Shown: piece by piece, positions 13,001-25,000 of the stretch
Numbering within the stretch: position 1 is the first letter of the stretch
Layout: every line of letters begins with the position of its first letter
Assembly: GCF_964355755.1 (NCBI RefSeq)
Contig: NC_092675.1
Coordinates: 26,322,912-26,386,911 of the forward strand
Length of the DNA: 64,000 bases
Direction: 5' to 3'
Source: Antedon mediterranea
Taxonomy: Eukaryota > Animalia > Echinodermata
Program-made: the position numbers and the translations under genes
Notes under the pieces: generated by a model
Told to the model about the DNA's origin: nothing
The model's input: the letters and a program-made list of their open reading frames with translations, nothing else
Database searches by the model: none

Positions 13001-16000
13001 ATTACTATAGATTTTGACGACGCCTACAACTTAACACTAATTATTATTGGTCTAATACATCAGGTGATTATTAATAGTCAGTAACTTTGTGTTGTTTAAG
13101 GTAGTAATTCAGTCTGTTACTATCGGTCTGTTACCAGACCCAAGTTTGTAAATTTTGATCCACCAACACAAAGAAGCAATTTAAAATATTTTTTTTTATA
13201 TCATTAATTCCTGATACATTATTTCACGTAATGAGATTGGTCAAATATTTCCAATAGAATTGCAAAAAGTAAATATTGGTAAAATCGTTGTGTTTTTTTT
13301 TGTCGGGCTGTTACCATTCATATTAATATCAATATTTCATTTTTTACTATAGATATTGATTTTTTGAAGATTTGTTTGTGTTTGGAATCAAGAATAAACT
13401 TACCTCAAAGTTTAGATTTATACTTCTTTATTATAATATTTAAACCCTTTTAAACTGATATGCATAAAAAAAAATGTCAGTGTGTTACCCTGGAATTGTC
13501 CAATAATTTAATGGTAGTTTAGTCGCTTTTAAAGTTGAAACCTTGATTTGACACACTCAGTAGGGTATTGTTTTATTTTTGTTAGGAAATATCATATTTT
13601 CTCCCCGACATATCTTTATGCCCGTTTGCATTACGTGTCATTCAAAATTAATTTTAATAATAAAAATATTAATCAAACATAACAGTTTTAAATAGCGCCA
13701 TTATAACTATAAAAAGAAAGAAAAATAATACGATATTTTTTAACACCATTAGACAGGGTGAACAAATTCATGACCGGTGCGCTTAACAACATCTAAACAT
13801 GATACAAGTTAAATTGAACAAAACAACAATTGATGCAAAACAAACAGATCGTAAAAATATAAAAATAATACTAGGTCTAATTAATGTTTTAATAGAACAG
13901 AAACCCGCAATAATCAATAAGAGGAGCACAGCCATATAATTTATATGAAAACCATAAACAAATTGTGAAATTGTAACAATAATGTTTACACAATCTTATT
14001 TTATGGTGAAATATAGACACCATTTACATTATTGAAACACAATTGCAGGAACGAAATGTTTATATTAATTTACGTTGTTGATATTTAGAATGCGGTGGCA
14101 ATACACATGGATGGAATTGTGAAAATGAATGTTCCAGTCAAGAAGGGTCTACCTGGTGTAAAGATAAACACTTTTGTTTACCTGATCCATATGGATGTAG
14201 CTGTGTTACAGGTTACAAAGGGTTAAAATGCAATACAGGTGAAGTAAGACAATATAATTTCAGAGTATAATTCGTGATTATGTATTGGTAACTTTCATTA
14301 CAATTACATTCCTTTTATTTAAAAGGTAAATGAACTTGTCATTAAATCCGATTCGATTACTGTTTCAGTTATTATAATTAACATAATAATCTATCTTTGG
14401 CAATTTACGATATTTTACATTTTTTCTTATATCAATTCACGTTGCAGAATGCACACCGGGCACATTTGGTGCAAACTGTGCACAAACTTGTCATTGTAAA
14501 CAAGGTGGTTGTGATCCTTACACAGGAAGATTTACTGATGATCAAGATTCATCTTGTGTATTTCCATGGAATGGAACTAACTGCCAAAGTAAGACTGATT
14601 TGATTATTTTTCACAAAGAGTGAACTATAATTTTATATTTTTATTGTTAGACAATATCAACTAGGTATCGGAAATTCTACCAGAGTTTTTCTATCGCACT
14701 AATGTAATGTAATATCGCTATCATAACCTTTACGGGTAAAACTGTCGCATTTTGTTTTAAATATCGATCTAAAATCTTTAGCAACATAAACCTAAAATTC
14801 TTAATTCTTTTAGAATGTCAATCTGGATTTTATGGAGAAAACTGTGAAATCAAATGTAATAAACCATGCGAGTGCCACAGAACTGACAGATGTATAAAAG
14901 GCACCTGTTTACGTAACTGGCTTGAACCTGATTGTAATAATGGTAAGTAAAACGTTTTAAGTATGACATTTTTATTTAAGTTAAATTCACTAAAATGGTG
15001 ATAACACTGAAATAATTAACAACAATAATAATAAGCCTGATGATGATAACGACGACGATAACAATGAATTGTTTGGACTTTTAACACCTAACATTTAAAG
15101 GAAAGAACGGAAGGAAAACAATCGCATATTTTTAATCCGTAGGAATTATTAATGGCACATTTTCACCAACAAATAATGGCCTGAATACCACGGCATCCTG
15201 TTCAGTACATCAAAGAGGCGCAAATAACGTACAAACGAGTATTACAATATTAGATAACGATGTAATGTCAAACATTACAAAAGTGGTTGAAAGGAAAGAA
15301 GATAGTCAGAATATAAATACGCTGACGTTTTCTGTGATTGGTGATGTCAATTCAAAATACAGGTGTGTAATTGTGCAAGGAAGTGAATCAGCTCAGAAAG
15401 ACATCATCTCAAAAGTATTCCGTAAGTGAACACCATGTAAAACGAATGCATTTATGAATGAAAAGATAAAGCCTATAATTAACGAACTAAAGGATCTACC
15501 GGATACAATGGTAAATTTAGAAAGTCTCTTTATATTAACTCTTTAGGTATTAGTGTAACTATAAAACCTTATTTTGATATATTAATTGTCGTTACATATA
15601 ATATTTACGAATAAAAAACTTTTCTATAAAGGTGTACCTATCTATACCGGAAGTCTGATGATACTTAATATTGCAAGCACCTCTATCACCATTGGATGGA
15701 CGGCATGGGACAAAAATACTGATGATGGAGATGGTCCAGTTGTTGGATACTTTTTATACCACAAACTGAACAATACTGATGATTGGAAGAAGACATTATA
15801 TGACAATTCTTTATCAGGCACTATTAATGGGTTGATTTGGGATACAGAATACACTTTCAGTGTTTCAGCTGTGAGACCTGGTGAAGGGGGTGAAGGACCA
15901 GTTGGAAAAGGAACAGTCACAGCAAAAACGCTTTGCGGAAGTATGTTTAACTATTATTGTCAAATACTTTGTCTACTATCGATGATAACCGTTAGAAATA

Positions 16001-19000
16001 TCTACCTAAAATAGAATTTTATATATTTTTATAATAATATATAAACATAGAATGTGTAAGTATTCAATTTCTGTTAATACGATTTATGTCCAGGAAAATG
16101 TATACCGGTACATATGCCCAGCCGATTATTGGTACTTTATCTATGTAAGGTGCATGTACTTCGGGATGTTATTGAACAAAAGTTGTCATATGTGTAGTAG
16201 ACACAGTATCTAGTTTTTTGTAAAGAAATATAGTACTAACCATAAAATTAAACAAATTTATATAGAACATATTGAATCATTATTATTACTATTACATTTT
16301 CCTACTGCTGCATGACCTTGAACATCATCATCAATAAGTTCCTTAAGTATGTATTCAAACATTTTCGAGAATGTAGAAACATATCTTTATTATAATTTTT
16401 GTTAAAAATGTTTTTTATTTAAGATCCTAATGTTGGTAGCATTATTGGCGGTGTGATTGGGGCAGTTGTATTAATAGGTTTGTTGGTTGCGAGTATTTTT
16501 GTAGTGTAAGTACTCTTTTATTATTTTAGTTTCCTCAAATGTGTATAATTGTTTAAATGACTCGAAATACCAAAAATCGTTAACAATAAACTTGATTAAA
16601 ATCAATTAAAATATTACGTAACATCAGTTTGATTTTGTTGATGTTTTTTTAATGTTTTTTCTTTTCCTTTAAAAAGGAAAAGAAAAAACTACAAAGGGAA
16701 TCTATGCCATAAAAGTTCAGGTGGAATACTACTTGAAGGTATGATAATTTAAGTATCATTAGTTATCTATTATAATAAATTCTAATGACTTTTAAAAACA
16801 ATGCATATTCTTTTAAGCATACTAATACCTAATGTTTACACTTGTATAATGCATAATGTCTGTATGTCTATGTGTTGCCTATTAATTAATATTCTATTGC
16901 CTTTTTTCAAGAAATGGGTGGCCATAATTATCATTATTATCACTGAAGTTTTCAATAATTGTATTAATATGTTGAAGATGAAATGAATAAACGCCACAAA
17001 AGAGAAAAAAAAAGAAATGGTTGGCCAACAATTATGTTATACTGCTAAAACAATAAATACCGCGTTCCGAATTCGCATAATATTTTCACATTTTACTATT
17101 TTAAATTTAGTTTGTTATGTTTTATTTTGTAATTCATCACATAAATAATGTATTGGTTTACATGACATTATAATGCTCTATTTGTTGCAATATCTTTATT
17201 TAGATTCACCACAAGTAAATAGCTTCATAGACGAAGATTCATGCTTGGTTGATTCACCAGCTCGCATGTTCAATGTATATTTATCTGAAGGTGGATCGAT
17301 TCTGTATGAAAACGTTACTTTAGAACCATCAACGAATCCTGATTTCTCACGAAGAATTCAAATTTCCGAGCTTGTTGGTTATTTCGCTTGTAAACGTCTA
17401 ACGGATTTATACCAGGAATTTGAGGTTAGTAGAATGCATAGACACTATTAAATCAGAAGTAGACTAGTATCATTATAAATGATTCAGAATTATACTTTAC
17501 AAAAAACTATATTTTTTTTATGAAAATACAGAATTTTCACAAATCAAACTTAACATAATATGACAACCTGTTTTGTTTCAATTTATAGTTAGGCCTAGGT
17601 CATGCTAAGCATGTCTCTACATTTTACTTAGGTCGAAATATTACATTAATCAAAATATTGTTTTATAAGCTGTTACCAGCCGACAAGACTCGTCCATGGG
17701 ATATTGCAGGCAAAGAATGCCACAAGACCAAGAATAGATTCAAGAACATTATCCCATGTATGTATCCAGTTAGTAACATTGACTAGTTACATGAAAACAA
17801 TTATGTTTGCTTTCATTTATTTGGTTATTATTAATGATTTAATGATTATTCAGTTGAATAGCTTACTTTGTTTCTGGTAATCGTCGTATGTCTGGGTCAT
17901 TTTATTCATATATTTATGTAATGTCTGGCGTTGTGCTGTTTTACTTTGTACCTAGATGATCATGCAAGAGTCGTGTTGGATAAGATTAACGGCGATCCTG
18001 ATTCTGATTATTACAATGCAAGCTATATTGATGTAAATATACAAAACTTTAAATTACATAGTAGGCCTACATGTATGCAGACCGTTATACGTTTTATTAT
18101 AAGCAACACAATTCCACATATGTCTTAGTCTTAATCCAAAAATTGCATAAATAAAAAGGTATAAAAAGATAAAAATGTAATCATGCATTCGCATTACTCC
18201 AGGGTATGGGTTTTTTTTTAACTTCAAAATTATTGCATTATTGACGTGTCACTACACTTTGAGAAAGCCAACTGATAGTTGGTGAAACGTCAGGTAAATA
18301 ATCATTGTTTATTTACTAATACAATCTACGGTTGAGATATAATTAACTATTATATTTTATTCAAAATTATTAAATTAATAACAGTATAATGTAGTTTCCA
18401 ACACCAATATCTTGTTATTAATTATACCGAGTAAAGAACAATTGACTTATTTCGTGGTCTGACAATTATTAAGTAATGGGAAATGAAAAACCAGGCGCTT
18501 AATGTCGGCGTTTTATTTTACTGACATCGGAAATATTTCAAACTGCATTGTAATGTATATTTACTGTTTAATTTAATGTCATAGGGTTATAACAAAGAGA
18601 AGTACTACATAGCATGTCAAGGTAAGGAAAGTAAAAACACCATTATTATAATATTTGAAAGAACATTACAAAAGAGAGAAGAAAAACACTACATATAAAG
18701 GTTTTAAAAATCACTTTATCTTCCCACAGGTCCCAACAAAAACTCTGTAGGTGACTTCTGGCGAATGATCTGGCAGAAGGATATTAAAGTAATGGTTATG
18801 CTTACCAATATCTTTGAAGGAACTAAGGTAAATTAAATTTTCTAAACCAGTCAGATTAATAAAAGTAATGTATTGTTTTTGTCAATATCATTAAAGTTAT
18901 AATTCTCTTTTCTAATTTCTTTTATACATCTCTCTCTTATTTCAATTTAGGAAAAATGCAAGAAATACTGGCCCGATGAACACGAAAAATTTGTCTTCGA

Positions 19001-22000
19001 CGACATCACTGTAACGGTTACTAATGAAGAAACAAGCGAGCACTACACAACTAGAACTATTGCTGTGCAGCTCGTAAGTATTATACTGTAATTATTATTT
19101 TAACTTGATAAAATGGATAAATATTCTATCAGTAATAACGTTTTCCAAATGTTTCTAGTAAGCCTCCTAAACTTTATTTAATATTTCTCTGAAATGTAAA
19201 ATATTATATTAATTATATTATTCATTATCACAAATATTCTATAACACATACAGTAAAGGGTTATCTCTGGTCAAGTTGAATAAAGTACGTTCACTAAATC
19301 AAACATGTTTCGTTGGCACGATCACAAGCTTTATGATAAAAAACATTCACTCTTAAAATAGTTAATACGTAATTTTTAGGAAATCATTTATATCGTATGA
19401 ATCGGGTTGTGATATCACCAGTAACACTTTATTAATGATAAATGATATTGCATTATCAATAGGAAGAAAATGAACAACGTATCATAAAGCAGTTTCATTT
19501 CACTCAATGGCCTGATAAAGGAGTACCAAAGTCTGCTTCTGGACTACTGCGTCTTATCCAGAAGGTGAAAAGTGTTCGAGGAACTTCATTAATTCCTGTA
19601 TTAGTACACTGCAGGTATGTTTAATATCAATGTGTGCACTAAGCCTACTCTAAGTATTTCATACTCATCTTACAAAATCAATCACAATGACTTCATTGAC
19701 TCCTGCATTAGTGACTGCATGTATACGTACTGTATGCTTACGTTAACATCATTATGAACATTTTAGTTAAGTTATTTTACCCGTTACTTGCCTTAACTGT
19801 TTATTCATAATTGTTCATTAATTGTTGTACAATATGTTCAGAAGTTCAAAATTATACAAATATATTGAGTGTTTATACTTCTGCAACTTTCGTATAATGA
19901 TCAATGAAGATATTAACTAAACATTTTACAAACATAGCATAATTACTCTAATCAGTGAATGTTCTATTACAGTGCTGGTGTTGGCAGAACCGGTACCTAT
20001 ATTGTCATTGACGCCATGTTGGATATGATAATGACTGAAGAAGCTGTCGATATTCTTCAATACATAAAAGATATTCGAGAAGCTCGCATTAGTATGGTTC
20101 AGACACCGGTAAGTTAAAAAAGAATACCTTTAACATTATAAAATATTAGAGTTTAATATTATTTCTTTTCAAAATTTTCGGGAAATACTCTTTTTTTTCT
20201 AATTCTTACCAATATAGGAGCAGTATGTGTTCATTTATAGTGCATTGAGCGAGTTTTATCTAAATGGCGTTGTACAATTTCCAGTCTCCAAATTTACAAG
20301 TCGTATTACAAACTTGAAGCGTATAAATCCAGAAACAAAGAAAACAGTTATTGAAGAAGAATATGACGTAATTATTGTTATATACTTTCTTACGTAAATT
20401 GTTACTATCATACATTACACTGCCAAATGCTTAGTATAGCATCATTATCCGTGTAGTGCACCTAGTCATATCAGCACAGGATATATTGCCACTCCAAATG
20501 TACCAAATTCAGTAAAACTTATAGGCCTAAACTGGATTTTTTTCCTTCAACAGATGCTGATATCTGTTACACCTGTGCCACCTATAGAAAATATGTCAAG
20601 TGGACGTCAAGAACAAAACTTAAAAAAAAACAGATTTGGAAACATTATACCGAGTAAACTGTTTAACTTAGAAATTGAAAATCCAACTTCTATTATTCAA
20701 AGCAAAATACATTCTTTTTTTTTATAGATGTTTACTATTTGTTTCCTTTTTTTAATATATAGTTGATCGGTCTAGAGTCATATTGCAATCAGTGAACAAT
20801 AGTTACATCAATGCATCGTTTCTTAATGTAAGTTTTAAACTGTATTATGCATGTTGTCATTTTCAAATTAATAGGCTTCATGCATTTGATTCTGTTACAT
20901 AAACAGAATCAACCTGCTTTTCTTTTTCAACCTCTTATACTGTTGGCTTGAAAGCTGATGATCTACATGTCAGAGGACATTGATGGAAATGAGCGAGGAA
21001 ATAATAAATATGAAAGTATAATTAATAACTTAATTTAATATAATAACTCTAATTTGATAATTGGTAATAATAAGCGGATCCAAGAAAAACACGAATATAT
21101 TGTTCCATGACACAATTTGAGATATCATATCTTATTGTACAGACACATACACAAAAACATAGATAAAATTATAAACTTATTTGTGTAGGCACTAATTCTC
21201 GTATAGTAATTATACTAAATAATGATTTAACAAGGCCAACAGCCATTAAGTCGCGTGCTACAATGCATAGTGATACCGGACCGACAGACAAACAGACCGA
21301 CAGACAGACAGACCGACAGACAGACGGACCGACCGACATAGTGAACTATACTGACCGAAATTACTGAACATGTTTAAAAATGTTGAAATGTTTAAAAACA
21401 TTTATATTTTTTTAATTTACACGTGCGTAGCCTGTCACTTTTGACATGCTCGTATAACGTAATTTCGAGTTGAAAAGTAAGTCAAGAAAACAGAAATCGG
21501 GCAAAAAGAGTGCGCAATAACATTTAACGCGCAGTGCGCGTGCAAAAATCTGCGCACTCATGGCAATTTTGTAAACGCTTAAAATTGCCTGAAACGTACT
21601 CTTATTTCATCGAAAATAAATTTTGAAAATTTTAGGCGCGCGTACGCATGCGTTACATGCGCTACGCACGTAATTGTATTGCCATATGATGATTTATGCC
21701 CTGAAATTTATGAGTACCAAATTTTATTTAATTGTGATTCATGGTTGTTAAGATATGATTACAAACGTGATTTCGTTAAATCGTGCGTAGACCGCGTAAT
21801 TTTTTATTGCGCACCGTGAAATCATAACCACATCGATTCCTGGCCATAAGGAATATTCTGTGAAAAATTGATTTAGCTAGATTAAACTTATATCAAGATA
21901 AGGTCATAAAGCGATAAAACGCATAGTGATACCGGACCGACAGACAGACCGACAGACCGACAGACAGACCGACAGACCGACAGAAAGACAGACAGACCGA

Positions 22001-25000
22001 CCGACCGACATAGTGAACTATAGAGTCGCTTCCACGCGACTAAAAATATGTTAATAATAAATCTAATATTTAATAAATATTTAAATTAATAATTGATTTA
22101 ATATTTAAGGGTTACAAAATCAGTAATAGATTCATTGCCACCCAGATGCCAATGGAGGATACTGTTGATGATTTCTGGCGACTTGTTTACGATTGGAAAA
22201 CATCGACTATTGTGATGTTGAACCCCATGGATAATTCTGACCAGGTGGGTACAAAGCAGACTGATGTTTAAAGTTATTTATTTAAAATCAAATGATGATT
22301 ACAATAAAGAAACTACTTATGCTTTACATGCTATTTATATATTTATTTTATACATATTAAATGAGAAGCAGTAAAGTAAAAATAGTTTAACATCGTCTGT
22401 GGTCAATTGGATTCAGAGAGGCTTCGGTTCAAAGCCAATTGGAACGCTTAACATATTGTACCTTCCATAGAGTTTGGATTTGATTTGATTTTTTTCAGGT
22501 TTCAACATAAAATTACAAGACAAAAATTAAAAATACAAATAGAAACATGCAATGTATTGCACAGTACACACGAAACCTAGGATAGCCCATAAAGTAAAAA
22601 AAAAAAACAACTTATTTCCAATGGGGTCCTATTATTATAAACTAGAGCGACAAAAACAAAAAACGTTAAAATTACAAATACGAGTACACAATAAAAAAAA
22701 TGGCATAGATAAATAGACTTATAAAAATATGATACACTAAAAATGTGATGACTATAAATAAATATTAAATACATGTAATTATATATTATATATTTGTTAT
22801 AATGATACATGTAATTATATATTTGTTATAATGAAAGAGCGTATAGAATACAGTAATCCACATAAACCAGGAATCCCGCGAATGTATGCATTGTTAGGTC
22901 TTAAGTTGTGCTTGTTTAACTATATCATATAGTACATACACTTTCAAGTTATTGTTGTGGGAACTATAAACTATATGTATTATGTTTTTTAGACATGTGC
23001 ACAATATTGGTTGGACGAGGGTAGCACTAAAACTGTCGGAAATTTGAAAATACAATTTGATTCAGAAGAACGTAGAAACCAAACTATGATAATCAGAAAG
23101 TTCTCTATACATACAATGAATATGGTAAACATTTATCTTAATAAACATCTATTTTATAATAATTATTTAAACCTTTTCCAATAAATCCAGTATTTAAATT
23201 GCTTGTTCTACCCCTTCCTCTAAAGTGGGACCTGCCCACTCGATTCAGCTTTTGAGCCAATCATTTAAATTAACACAAACCCAAACCTATAATCATTCTG
23301 AAAATCTTATATTATACTAATACTCATGCATAATGTCTTTAGAAATCTGAACCATTTTATGTGACGCAATACCAAGTTACTGATTGGCCAGTTGACCAAG
23401 ACACTCCAGAGAAATTGGAAACATTGTTGCAGGTGTATGAAATGGTTCAATCCTCGCACACCGCTGTTAGAAATCCTATTGCAGTTCACTGCATGTAAGT
23501 ACAATCAAACAATTAACATTATAGTAAACTAATGACCAACTACTGAACCACAAATTAGTTGATTTTAAGGCCATAATATATTGAGAACTGTACTAAACTA
23601 GCTAGTACCAGAAAAAGTAATAAAAGAGGTGGATAAATTAATTTTTAAATTCATTTGGGAAACCAAGAAAGAGAAAATAAAAAGAAAAACCATGTGTGCC
23701 AATTACAGTCAAGGTGGTCTAAAAATGGTAGAATTCAGATCTCAGGTAATATCTTTCCAAGTTAAATGGTACAGGAGACTGTATGAAAACGATGATGCCA
23801 AATGGAAATATTTACCTACATTTTATATAGAAAAGATAGGCCCAAAATCATTAACCTCAAATTTATCAAAAGTTCCGTGTAATATATCCGTACCACCATT
23901 TTACCTCTCAGTTATTAAGTCTATAGCAGTAGCTAATGCTTGTAATAATAGATTAAATAAGGAACCAATAAGCTATGATGACATTATTAATCAATCATTA
24001 TGGGGTAATGAGTTTATATGTATTAAAAAGAAGCCGTTATATAACTGTAACTGGATTAGTTCAGGGTTTTTAAAAATATATGATGTAATAAATAATAATG
24101 TGTTTAAGCCTGCGATAGAGATAAAAAGAAGGTTAAGATGTACACAAAACTGGATCAGTGAATATTCATGTATATTGAAAGCCATTCCAAAAGAATGGAA
24201 ATGTATTTTAAAATCAACACATGACATTAATGTTAATGATATACCTATTACAAACAATAAGGTCTTAAATATGACGTCTAGACAATTATATAGATTCATA
24301 ATAGATGCTCAATATATTACACCTACGGCACAGGTTAAGTGGGAATCCATATTTGGTAATATGCCATGGACAAAAATATGGGTTAAGAAAGTTTCTGGTC
24401 TTAAAGAAAAAAAACTGGCACATTTTAATTTTAAATTGTTGCACAGAATATTGCCAACAAATGAAAGATTACATAGGTGGAGACTTGTAAATTCCCCATG
24501 TTGTGACACATGCAATGTTATTGAGAATGATAAACATATGTTAGTAGAGTGCATAACAGTAAAATGTTTATGGAGAGAGATAAACGAAATAATTAGAGCA
24601 GTAAGCATACATATTCCTGTTTTTTCTTTCAAAAGACTTTTATTTGAAACTGACAATAATTACGTAAATAAATTATACACTTTAGGAGCATTTTGTATTT
24701 ATAAAGTAAAGATATTAAGTTTATTGGAAAAAGAAAAAAAAATCAATCTCCTACAAATATTTAAAGCTGAAAAAAAGATAAGAAATATGTAAATCTGCAG
24801 GTATACTGTATATGCTCAACCAGATTAAGGAAGAAAATATGTAAATGAGATACCATGAATGATGAATCTATTATGTTTTTTGTTTTTTTTTTTCTTGCTA
24901 CTATATTGTATGTTTTGTAAATATGTATACCTTGATGATTTGAAAACAAAAAGACAAAATGTGAAAAGCTTTTTATAGATTGATGATAAAAAAAAATGAT

